A stretch of DNA of 64,000 bases, taken from Candidatus Micrarchaeia archaeon. Its GTDB lineage: Archaea > Micrarchaeota > Micrarchaeia > Burarchaeales > Fermentimicrarchaeaceae. A program made the translations under genes and the position numbers. The stretch covers positions 141,815 through 205,814 of the forward strand of contig JAVZHX010000002.1 in assembly GCA_038871515.1 (NCBI GenBank). The letters run 5' to 3'. The notes beneath the pieces are model-generated. The model was not told where the DNA came from and did no database searches. It saw only the letters and a program-made list of their open reading frames with translations. Below are positions 56,568-64,000 of this stretch, in pieces. The stretch's first letter is position 1. Every line of letters starts with the position of its first letter.

Positions 56568-56987
56568 TCAGCAGGGGGTATAAGCCATTGTTCCCCCAGA
56601 CATCCGTGTGAATATATCTACTAGAATTGGCGCTAGAACTGCAATGAATATACCTAAAATCCCTCCGACAAGGAGAGACATTGCCCAGCCCTGTGCCTTT
56701 GCTCTCATCTCAGCACCAAATACCTGGCCTGCTGCGTATGCCAACCCTGCGAACAGGAACATTATCAGCGCAAGCGTTGGCAGCACTGTATAAACCAGCA
56801 CTTGGAAGTCACATAGTGCTTTTCTTATGGTTGAAGCCATACCTGTGGTGCTTGTTGCCGAAACTAATGGTAGCAATAGAAGGAGGAGCACAATTGTTTT
56901 GTTTTTCATTCCAACCACCAATAATTTATGGAAAATAAAAAATAAAAAGGGAGATGGTCGTTTAGCAGGCTGCTTCTGCCATTTCAC
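56568..56987 (-). CDS. VirB2/TrbC-like pilin candidate (paralog 1)
   Basis: Probable start at MKNKTIVLLLLLLPLVSA (about 56909). Long signal peptide, helix 1 (VLVYTVLPTLALIMFLFAGLAYAAG), short charged loop (QVFGAEMRAKAQGW), helix 2 (AMSLLVGGILGIFIAVLAPILV). Two-helix hairpin topology of conjugative pilins. Confidence 0.5.
   Translation of the reverse strand: MKWQKQPAKRPSPFLFFIFHKLLVVGMKNKTIVLLLLLLPLVSATSTTGMASTIRKALCDFQVLVYTVLPTLALIMFLFAGLAYAAGQVFGAEMRAKAQGWAMSLLVGGILGIFIAVLAPILVDIFTRMSGGTMAYTPC
56661..56760. repeat. approximately 100-bp near-identical repeat, copy 1 (core of pilin paralog 1)
   Basis: ccctccgacaaggagagacattgcccagccctgtgcctttgc...gcctgctgcgtatgccaaccctgcgaacaggaac recurs at about 57054-57153 with only a few mismatches. 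Confidence 0.6.
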
Positions 56988-57312
56988 CCATTGACATGCT
57001 TATGAAGATGCCAACGAGCACTGGCGCAAGCACTGCAAGCACAATGCCGATTATCCCTCCGACAAGGAGAGACATTGCCCAGCCCTGTGCCTTTGCCTTT
57101 GTCTCAGCACCAAATGCCTGGCCTGCTGCGTATGCCAACCCTGCGAACAGGAACAGAATCAGGGATAGGGTTGGAAGCACTCCAGTCACTAGCACCTTGA
57201 AGTAGCATAGACCGGATGCTATTGCTGCTGCCATTGAACCAACTCTGGTTGCTGAAACCACTCCCATGGCTAACAAAGCCAGCAAAGTCGTGTACTTTGC
57301 TTTCATTTTCAA
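56962..57312 (-). CDS. VirB2/TrbC-like pilin candidate (paralog 2)
   Basis: MKMKAKYTTLLALLAMGVVSA signal peptide, FKVLVTGVLPTLSLILFLFAGLAYAAG, QAFGAETKAKAQGW loop, AMSLLVGGIIGIVLAVLAPVLV. First gene of the 31-kb minus-strand array. Confidence 0.5.
   Translation of the reverse strand: MKMKAKYTTLLALLAMGVVSATRVGSMAAAIASGLCYFKVLVTGVLPTLSLILFLFAGLAYAAGQAFGAETKAKAQGWAMSLLVGGIIGIVLAVLAPVLVGIFISMSMGEMAEAAC
57054..57153. repeat. approximately 100-bp near-identical repeat, copy 2 (core of pilin paralog 2)
   Basis: Same sequence as 56661-56760 (about 95% identity by eye). Flanks diverge. Confidence 0.6.
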
Positions 57313-57334
57313 TCACCTCAACGCCCGAGAGGGC

Positions 57335-57411
57335 TTAGAATATTATTTCATATGTTATATTTAAACCTTTCTATAAGTGTACTAGAACAGAAGGCGAATA
57401 CTTGCTAGAAA
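57335..57411. promoter_or_regulatory. divergent promoter region upstream of the pilin/secretion array and of the plus-strand small membrane gene
   Basis: AT-rich spacer with TATA-like tttaaatat on the minus strand about 35-45 nt upstream of the pilin start and GGAGG Shine-Dalgarno before the ATG at 57412. Confidence 0.25.
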
Positions 57412-57813
57412 ATGATAAATATACAAAAAGATAAATATGTTAGGAGGAGTATGAAAACTTTTGAGGGACGTGCAGTTTCAGGTTCAGAAGTTGAGAGCAG
57501 AGCAGTTGTTTTTCTTATGTATCTGCTCAGGGCAGTTTCACTAATCCTTATCTTCTCTATGCTTTTTTACATACCCGCCAGAATACTTGGAGGATATGAA
57601 GCTACCTTCAGGGAGTTCATCCTTGCAAATCTCGTACTCCTCATATGCTTCGTCGCATTTCTCTTTGCAATTCAGCTTCTGTTTTACTTCTACAGGTTGA
57701 GAAAGGGAGTAAAGATGAAAAGGAGCATAGCCGGCATTATTGTTGGGTATGCACTTCCACTTATAGGAATCGCAGCTGTGCTGTGGGTTGTTTACGCAAT
57801 TGGGGCTATTTAG
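57412..57813 (+). CDS. small membrane protein (133 aa, 4 TM)
   Basis: Preceded by gttaggaggagtATG. Hydrophobic helices. Confidence 0.35.
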   Translation: MINIQKDKYVRRSMKTFEGRAVSGSEVESRAVVFLMYLLRAVSLILIFSMLFYIPARILGGYEATFREFILANLVLLICFVAFLFAIQLLFYFYRLRKGVKMKRSIAGIIVGYALPLIGIAAVLWVVYAIGAI

Positions 57814-59317
57814 TTTTTTCCAGTATAACATAACTCCCTTGGGAGGAGTTGAGAATAAGTGAATAATTATGCGAAGGAGAGGAGGAGTAGATTCCATATA
57901 CTTTTGAGTCCATCACCACGTATTTTGAGTTGTTTATCAACAGCTTCACCTCGCCGGCATCTGTGAGATTGCGCTTGTGAACTCTGCCCATAGCTATCTC
58001 GGATAGAGTGGGGTAAGCAGTATAGCTTGCTATGCCAAACGGGTCGAGCACAATCATCTGAAAACCAGAATAATTTGGCTTGTTCTCTCCGTGGAATTTG
58101 TAAAAAACAACTTCTGGTATGCCGTTTTCTGTGATTGAGAGGACATCGTATCTGTCTCTTAGGAAAACTCCTGTTTCCATTTTCTCAGCATTGATTTGGA
58201 AGGGGTAGAGGTAGGAGTTCATAAAATCTGAATTCGCAATGGAGGGGAAAGAGAGCAGCAGCAAAAGCAGGAAAGCAGGTATGAAAAAACGCTTGTTCTT
58301 TACTTCCACAAGAGGCTTTGCGCAAACAACTGAAAAAGGCGGAAGCGCCTGAAGGTAATACCAGCTGTAGAACTGGCCGGCACCAAGAAATACCAGGGTG
58401 AGAAGAAGCCATATGAAAATAAACCTATCCTCCCTTTTATTGAACTTCATCAGCATAACTCCCGAAAAAAAGAGAATGCACCATGGGGCAGTTAGCTTGA
58501 GAAATTCTATCGTGTTTTGGAGAAGGTGAGGTTCGAAGTTTGTGTGCGCGTAGACTCTGAAGAAGATGTCGTAAACATATGAAACAGTTATATCCGCGCC
58601 TTTGCCAAGCGGAGCATGCAGGAAAAAAAGAAGGGCGTAGAGCAGCATTGCAAGCGGAACTGCGGAGAGGGAGAGGAGGAATGCTTTCCCCCTGCTAACC
58701 TCTCTGCCAATTCTCCTATCGCCAACGTAGTACGAGATGGCAAGTGCTGGGAGCAGGAGCGCAATGATGGATTTGGTGAGAAAGAGAAGCGCCCCAGCCA
58801 AGCCTCCGTAATAAAAGTATTTTTTATTTCTCTCTCCTTCTGCATAGAAGAGAACGCCTGAGATGAGGAGGAAAAGCACGAGGGTGTCAAGCAGTAATGC
58901 CTCGCTGATTGCAATGGAAATGCAGTTGGTTGTGAAAATAAGGGAGGAGAGAAAGGCAAGCTCCTCTCCATAAAGCTTTCTCACAAGGAAGTAGAGAGCA
59001 AGCGTGGAGAGCACTCCAAAAATGATTGAGGGAAATCTGTATGCAACCTCAAGCGGTATTCTCGGGTTGAGCATCCAGATTATGTTTATTATCGCGGAGT
59101 ACACTGCAAACCCAAAAGTTGGCTTCCATGATACAATGTGCCCCATAAAATGGGGCAGGAGGGAGGGGGTGCGGTTGAGCTCATCTATAATTTCAGCATA
59201 CGCAGCCTCATCTCCGTAGATTGGAATTGAGGGCAGGTAGTACAATCTGATTGCGTATGAGATGAAGAAGAGCAGAAAAATAAAAATTGAATTCCTGTTC
59301 CTCTTGTAAAATTCCAT
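57806..59317 (-). CDS. GT-C glycosyltransferase, PMT/ArnT-like (GT39/GT83 family)
   Basis: Approximately 12 TM protein with YLPSIPIYGDEAAYAE first-loop DE motif characteristic of dolichyl/undecaprenyl-phosphate-sugar-dependent GT-C transferases. Confidence 0.6.
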   Translation of the reverse strand: MEFYKRNRNSIFIFLLFFISYAIRLYYLPSIPIYGDEAAYAEIIDELNRTPSLLPHFMGHIVSWKPTFGFAVYSAIINIIWMLNPRIPLEVAYRFPSIIFGVLSTLALYFLVRKLYGEELAFLSSLIFTTNCISIAISEALLLDTLVLFLLISGVLFYAEGERNKKYFYYGGLAGALLFLTKSIIALLLPALAISYYVGDRRIGREVSRGKAFLLSLSAVPLAMLLYALLFFLHAPLGKGADITVSYVYDIFFRVYAHTNFEPHLLQNTIEFLKLTAPWCILFFSGVMLMKFNKREDRFIFIWLLLTLVFLGAGQFYSWYYLQALPPFSVVCAKPLVEVKNKRFFIPAFLLLLLLSFPSIANSDFMNSYLYPFQINAEKMETGVFLRDRYDVLSITENGIPEVVFYKFHGENKPNYSGFQMIVLDPFGIASYTAYPTLSEIAMGRVHKRNLTDAGEVKLLINNSKYVVMDSKVYGIYSSSPSHNYSLILNSSQGSYVILEKTK

Positions 59318-59326
59318 ACCTTCCCC

Positions 59327-60061
59327 TTACTTGAGTATTGTGTATTTTGTGAGGTACATCTGCGTTTGAAGTATTATGAGGAAGGGCATTATGAATAATG
59401 AGTTAAGAACGAGCACTACGTATCTTCCCCATGGGATAGCTCCTGAAAGAATGATGAAAACGATGTCAACTGCTGTGAGGAGTATGAAACCAATCACAAG
59501 CCAGAGGAGGAATAAAGCGAATTTGTTTTTTATCATGTATAAGCTCATTCTCATTGCTTCAGTTGGTTTCAGCTCATCAATCACTATTCCTGCTGGCACA
59601 TAAAAAAGTAGCAAGGAGACAAAGAATGAAAACAATGGTGTTGCAAGTCCCTCAACTCCGTACTCGTACGAGAGAAGCAGCACAATTAATGAAAGAAGAA
59701 GGAAAAGGGTGTAGAGGAAGAAGATGGTTATTGTGTACTTTTCAATTCCCTCAATAACCTCTGTGCGTATGTTCGTCAGTGTTCTTTGGGATTTTATCAC
59801 GAGGTTTATTGCAACTGTTGCGAATGAGATTAGGAATAATGAGGCAAGGGAGCTGAGGAAGATGAGCGCAATGTCAAAGTAGGTTAAATCAATGAACATG
59901 CTTCCTGTTCTCAGGAAGGTTGCTCCTATTGAAACATACGTTGGCATTGGCGAGAGGAGAGGGATTGCAAAAGCAAGCAAGAATGGAATTGAGAAGAAAA
60001 GCACTATTCTGAAGTTTTTTTTGAATGCATCAATGCTGTAATCTATAACCTCTGTCTCCAA
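59327..60061 (-). CDS. polytopic membrane protein, unknown function (244 aa)
   Basis: Six or more hydrophobic helices. 9 nt upstream of the GT gene. Confidence 0.45.
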   Translation of the reverse strand: METEVIDYSIDAFKKNFRIVLFFSIPFLLAFAIPLLSPMPTYVSIGATFLRTGSMFIDLTYFDIALIFLSSLASLFLISFATVAINLVIKSQRTLTNIRTEVIEGIEKYTITIFFLYTLFLLLSLIVLLLSYEYGVEGLATPLFSFFVSLLLFYVPAGIVIDELKPTEAMRMSLYMIKNKFALFLLWLVIGFILLTAVDIVFIILSGAIPWGRYVVLVLNSLFIMPFLIILQTQMYLTKYTILK

Positions 60062-60100
60062 TCTACCACCATATTGAATTGTATTTTGTTATTATATATT

Positions 60101-61396
60101 TTATGGTGTTATCCTTGTTCTATCCCTTGGGAAGAGGGAGCACTCCCGTATGTTGTTTCTGTTGCAGAGCACCATCACAAGCCTTTCAGCCCCAATTGCC
60201 CAGCCAGCATGCGGCGGAGCGCCCATCCTGAATGCGTTCACGTAAAACTCAAATTCCTCTGGGTTCAACCCTCTTGACTTCAGCTGCTTTATCAAAAGCT
60301 CAGGAAGGTGTATTCTCTGCGCACCAGAAGCAATTTCTATTCCGCCGTACATCAAATCAAACGCATTGCAAACCTCTGGGTTTTTCTCGTTTGGCATTGA
60401 GTAGAAAGCCCTGCTTTTTGTTGGCCATTCTGTTATGAAGAAAAGCTCCTCTCCAAGCAGCTCAGCTGCCTTCATCTCACCCTCTCTTGTGAAATCCTCC
60501 CCCCACTTCATTTTCACTCCATTTTTATTGAGGAGTTCAACCACCTCAGCGTAGGTATGTTTTTTGATGTTTTTTGGAACTTTCAGCTCTGCCCCAAGAA
60601 CCTTAAGCTCCTCGCTGCAGTTTTTCACAACACTTGAAATTATGTGCTTCATCACTTCCTCAAGCACGTCCATCGCATCCTCATGGTCAGCAAACCCCAT
60701 CTCAACGTCTAGGGAAATTAATTCATTGAGGTGGGTTGTTGTGTTGTGCTTCTCAGCTCGGAATATTGGGGTTGTCATAAAAACTTTATCCATCCCACCA
60801 ACAACCGCAAGCTGCTTGTACAGCTGTGGGGACTGAGCAAGGAAGGCTTGCTTCTCAAAGTACTGAACGGGAAACAGCTCTGTTCCGCCTTCTGTTGCAG
60901 CTGAAACAATGCATGGTGGGTTTATCTCCTGAAAGCCAAGCTGGTGAAGCTTCTCTCGGAAAGAATACAGCATCTGGCTTTTCACCTTGAAAACAGCGCT
61001 TGTCTCAATTCTTCTCAAATCAATCTGCCTGTGGTTCAACCTCACATCCAAATCGGCTGGAACCTTGCCGGTAACTTCAAAAGGAATTTTCACCTTCACC
61101 GGGTTTAAATCAACAATCTCTGTTGGGTTTATCTCAACCCCTCCCCTTGCCTGCTTCTCCTCCTTCACAACACCAGTTATTTTAACAACACTTTCCTTCA
61201 CAAGGCTCATCTTCTCAAGCACCGCGTCATCGGTTACCCCTTTCTTCCCAGTTATTTGAACAATGCCGCTTCTGTCTCTCAGAAGGATGAATTTCACCTT
61301 TCCAATGTCTCTTACCTCGTGCACCCACCCAGCCAGTGTAACTTTCTGTCCATTCATCTCAGGCTTCACTTCTGCTGCGTAATGCGTTCTCAACAC
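60101..61396 (-). CDS. aspS: aspartyl-tRNA synthetase, archaeal type
   Basis: MLRTHYAAEV N-terminus with OB anticodon-binding domain, QSPQLYKQ, class-II motif 2 FRAEKHNTTTHLNE, motif 3 GAPPHAGWAIGAERLVM. Confidence 0.85.
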   Translation of the reverse strand: MLRTHYAAEVKPEMNGQKVTLAGWVHEVRDIGKVKFILLRDRSGIVQITGKKGVTDDAVLEKMSLVKESVVKITGVVKEEKQARGGVEINPTEIVDLNPVKVKIPFEVTGKVPADLDVRLNHRQIDLRRIETSAVFKVKSQMLYSFREKLHQLGFQEINPPCIVSAATEGGTELFPVQYFEKQAFLAQSPQLYKQLAVVGGMDKVFMTTPIFRAEKHNTTTHLNELISLDVEMGFADHEDAMDVLEEVMKHIISSVVKNCSEELKVLGAELKVPKNIKKHTYAEVVELLNKNGVKMKWGEDFTREGEMKAAELLGEELFFITEWPTKSRAFYSMPNEKNPEVCNAFDLMYGGIEIASGAQRIHLPELLIKQLKSRGLNPEEFEFYVNAFRMGAPPHAGWAIGAERLVMVLCNRNNIRECSLFPRDRTRITP

Positions 61397-61400
61397 GAAG

Positions 61401-63260
61401 TCACCTCTTCCTAAACTCCTTTGGGATTCTTGATGGATAACGAATTCTGCTTATTATCAGAGCGAGCAGAATTATAATTATAACTGCGCCTGCAAGCCCA
61501 AGTTTAACCGATTCAACCTTTCTTCCCTGCTCAATTGCAAGTACCCTTGCCTGCCTCGCCAGCTCATACGCTCTTTGTGGTTCAGAGTAGAGTAATACAT
61601 TTGCGCGGAAAAGGGCGCTTTCGGCTTCGCCCATGTCTGGTGAGAAAACAAGAAAGCTCTGCTTGGAAATTTCGGTTATTGTTTTATCTGCAACGCTTAT
61701 CGCATTCTTTGCTTCCTCAATTTTCAGAATTTTGTTGCTGAGTTCCTTTTCAATTTCAGCCAGCTGCAATTCAGCTTGATGCGTTAAATTTAATGAGGAG
61801 TTGAAGTCAGCTTCTGAAAGAGCTTTCACGGAAAGCTGGAGAAGGGTTTCAATTTCGGTGAGATTCAGCTGCTGCTTGTAAGCATTTCCAATTTTTTTCA
61901 ATTCCTGAAACTTTCCAATTGAGCTGTTCAGCTCAGAATAAACTGAAGCAGTTTCATTAAGCATAGACTCTGTTGCAAACGCCATGTCAATGTAAAGCAG
62001 ATAATCTGTGAGCGTGCCGTTCTTTATGTTTCTGCTGTAGTAAATAAGTTTTTCAATTGTTGCGTTTGAGAAGTTGGAGGAGAAGTTTCCCAGCTGGCTT
62101 CTTGTTTTTGTTAAATTCTGAGCGTATGCGTTAAAAAGCTCGGCAAGCCTGTTTCTGACAAGTGGTTCAAGAACCCCTTTTGCAAGCTTGGATTTGTCTA
62201 TAACTGAATCGAGTGAAGAGGAAACAACATTGTATTCTCCATCCGCGCAGGCTCTCTCTGTTCTGTTTATATACTCAAAAGCAAGTGAGATGAGGGAGCT
62301 TGCTTCGTGGGATTGAACTCCAATAGAGCTTGCTTTCTCCTCAAGAGTTTTTGCGTAGGTTGATGACAGGTTTGCCTCGTTTAGTTTATCAGAGAGCGCT
62401 TCAACTCTTTGTATCTCTCCCTGTATAATTGTTATTGCAATGCCTGCCTCGCTTTTTGCGGATATTGCAAGCTGTTTTGAGATTGTTGCGTTGTATTTTG
62501 CTGTTTCATAATCCTTGCTGGCGTATGCTGACTGGGCTGCCCTGAGCTCAGAAAGAGCTGCGGAGTAGTTGCCCAGAGCAGTTGAGATGCGCTGGGAAGC
62601 TCTCACGGCTGAAACACAGTGAGTTTCCAAAGCAAGCGCGATTGAGCTGTTCGCCTGCTCAATTTCGTTGAACGCGCCAGAAACTTCCTCCTGGGCTTCC
62701 CCAATTGCAGCTGTGGCAAGCTGCTGAGGAGAGGTGCCTGTCTGCGCTGCGAATATCTGGCTTTGGGTTAAACCATATACGTATACATAATCGGAGTAGG
62801 ATTCCTGCTGGGGGTTTTCAAACCAGCACCCTATCTTGCAGTTCACAAACTTGTAGGTGTATTGAACTGTGTATTTATGAGGAACACCTGGGTAGAAAAG
62901 CGAGGAGGTTGGGTTGGGGTCAATACGAATGTTAATCAACAACTCGTATGTATTTGATGGCGCATAACTGTATCCATAGGATTGGGCGTATGCTTTCCCA
63001 GCTGTTGCATAGCTAAGGCATGTGCTGTTCTTTGATGGAGGGCAGACGCAAACCTTTGGATAGACTGGCATGAGGGTGGTTATCTCAATATCACCAACGT
63101 AATCTGTGAACTGGACGAGCACGCTGTCCACGCAGAACTCATACTGCCCCCCTGGGTTGGAGAGGGAGAAGCGGATTGTTGTTGACTCGCCTGGAGAGAC
63201 AACCTTTGCTGAGTTTGCTGCAAGCATGAGGAAGATTAATGGGAGAAGAAATTTTCTCAT
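61401..63260 (-). CDS. secreted, heavily sequon-rich surface protein with C-terminal TM anchor
   Basis: Signal peptide MRKFLLPLIFLMLAANSA, 14 or more N-x-S/T sequons (NSTCL, NSSIAL, NYSAAL, NATISK, NLSSTY, NRTERA, NLTKTR, NFSSNFSNATIE, NGTLTD, NETASV, NSSIGK, NLTEIE, NSSLNLTHQ), C-terminal GLAGAVIIIILLALIISRIRYPSRIPKEFRKR. Confidence 0.5.
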   Translation of the reverse strand: MRKFLLPLIFLMLAANSAKVVSPGESTTIRFSLSNPGGQYEFCVDSVLVQFTDYVGDIEITTLMPVYPKVCVCPPSKNSTCLSYATAGKAYAQSYGYSYAPSNTYELLINIRIDPNPTSSLFYPGVPHKYTVQYTYKFVNCKIGCWFENPQQESYSDYVYVYGLTQSQIFAAQTGTSPQQLATAAIGEAQEEVSGAFNEIEQANSSIALALETHCVSAVRASQRISTALGNYSAALSELRAAQSAYASKDYETAKYNATISKQLAISAKSEAGIAITIIQGEIQRVEALSDKLNEANLSSTYAKTLEEKASSIGVQSHEASSLISLAFEYINRTERACADGEYNVVSSSLDSVIDKSKLAKGVLEPLVRNRLAELFNAYAQNLTKTRSQLGNFSSNFSNATIEKLIYYSRNIKNGTLTDYLLYIDMAFATESMLNETASVYSELNSSIGKFQELKKIGNAYKQQLNLTEIETLLQLSVKALSEADFNSSLNLTHQAELQLAEIEKELSNKILKIEEAKNAISVADKTITEISKQSFLVFSPDMGEAESALFRANVLLYSEPQRAYELARQARVLAIEQGRKVESVKLGLAGAVIIIILLALIISRIRYPSRIPKEFRKR

Positions 63261-63284
63261 CAGTATAGATTTATTTGGAGGATA

Positions 63285-64000
63285 TTAAAATATGCCTTTC
63301 AGATAGCAGGAAGTTGCATCAACGATGGTTGCATTTACAAACTCACCAAGCTTCCCCTCCATGAGAATAACTTGTTTGTATGAGTGATTTCTCCCAGCCA
63401 CTCCCCCCTCTCTTCTTTCAGTTATCAAAACTTCAAAGGTTTTTCCAACAAGCTGTTTGTTTTTTTCAAGCGCAATTTCTCTGCATAGCTCGCTAACCTT
63501 TCTGCTTCTCTCAGAGACAAGCTTGCCTGGAAGCTGCTTCATTCTTGCTGCCCTTGTTCCCGGCCTTGGGAAGAACTTTGAGTTGTTCACAACGTCTGGC
63601 TGAATTTTTTTGATAACCTCAAGGGTTCTCTCAAAAGAATCATCTGTTTCTGTTGGAAAGCCCACAATTATATCGGTTGCAAGAGTCAACTCGGGTATGT
63701 GCTTTCTGAACTCCGAAAGGACTTTCAAAAAATCATCAACAGAGTAAGTTCTGTTCATTTCTTTTAAAACTCCATCATCGCCGGATTGCAATGGAAGGTG
63801 GAGGAATTTGTAAATTTTATTGCTTTTGAATGCATCAATCAACTCAGGCAACATCCTTAAGGCGTGCTGGGGGTTCATCATCCCAACTCTCACGAGAAAG
63901 TTCCCATCGATTTCATCTATTTTTCTCAGCAGTGAAACCAAGTTTGTGTTTTTATCAACTCCATATGCTCCAACATCCATTGAGGTAAGCTGTATCTCCT
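63285..64000 (-). CDS. radical-SAM methylthiotransferase (MiaB/MtaB-like), C-terminal part. Gene continues beyond window end
   Basis: C-terminal TRAM domain (GKTFEVLITERREGGVAGRNHSYKQV) and radical-SAM barrel remnants (FLHLPLQSGDDGVLKEMNR). Frame remains open upstream of the listed Met to position 64000 (EIQLTS-MDVGAYG resembles the conserved xLTGxDxxxYG region). Confidence 0.6.
   Translation of the reverse strand, partial: EIQLTSMDVGAYGVDKNTNLVSLLRKIDEIDGNFLVRVGMMNPQHALRMLPELIDAFKSNKIYKFLHLPLQSGDDGVLKEMNRTYSVDDFLKVLSEFRKHIPELTLATDIIVGFPTETDDSFERTLEVIKKIQPDVVNNSKFFPRPGTRAARMKQLPGKLVSERSRKVSELCREIALEKNKQLVGKTFEVLITERREGGVAGRNHSYKQVILMEGKLGEFVNATIVDATSCYLKGIF

Noticed and set aside
1-64000. 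CRISPR arrays, rRNA or tRNA genes
   Set aside because: No direct-repeat/spacer periodicity seen. Intergenic gaps (largest about 300 nt at 22661-22975 and about 260 nt at 24028-24286) show no cloverleaf-compatible or rRNA-like sequence by eye. A covariance-model scan would be needed to be certain.

Overview
This is an archaeal chromosomal segment (about 43% GC, roughly 90% coding). No rRNA, tRNA or CRISPR array was seen. The archaeal assignment rests on gene content: type-2 IPP isomerase, isopentenyl-phosphate kinase, AcnX-type phosphomevalonate dehydratase plus UbiD/UbiX, TrpB2, archaeal-type AspRS, a GT-C mannosyltransferase-like enzyme, and TATA/BRE-like promoters. CDS coordinates follow the supplied ORF track. 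Coordinates I derived by hand (starts moved to internal ATG/GTG, repeats, IRs, intein) may be off by 1-2 nt.

Layout:
- 1-22.7 kb, housekeeping: GluRS fragment, SAM-MTase, mevalonate kinase, nitroreductase, M20 peptidase, ACT regulator divergent from a trpB2 plus ParB-like pair, a DUF4430 surface protein with a small membrane protein, and a near-complete lower archaeal mevalonate pathway operon (fni, ipk, AcnX small subunit, membrane protein, AcnX large subunit, UbiD-like decarboxylase, membrane protein, ubiX), then Memo-like and kinase genes.
- 22.7-24.9 kb: a stand-alone tnpB element bracketed by roughly 22-bp inverted repeats, then a GC-rich (about 58%) islet with a 4xCxxC zinc-ribbon ORF and poly-Glu/Trp acidic ORFs.
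- 24.9-57.3 kb, accessory block: a 31-kb co-directional, tightly packed minus-strand gene array (26144-57312) plus a convergent plus-strand ATPase at 24918-26147. It encodes two VirB4/HerA-superfamily P-loop ATPases, one carrying a 538-aa LAGLIDADG intein in its P-loop. It also encodes a 1787-aa coiled-coil membrane protein, a 2700-aa Cys-rich surface protein, two bitopic membrane paralogs, six paralogous polytopic membrane proteins with a shared motif, and a tandem pair of VirB2/TrbC-like pilin candidates. I read this as a candidate archaeal conjugation or DNA-import (Ced/Ted-like, T4SS-like) pilus apparatus. Most of its components have no recognisable annotation.
- 57.4-64 kb: small membrane protein, PMT/ArnT-like glycosyltransferase, membrane protein, AspRS, heavily N-glycosylation-sequon-rich surface protein, radical-SAM methylthiotransferase fragment.
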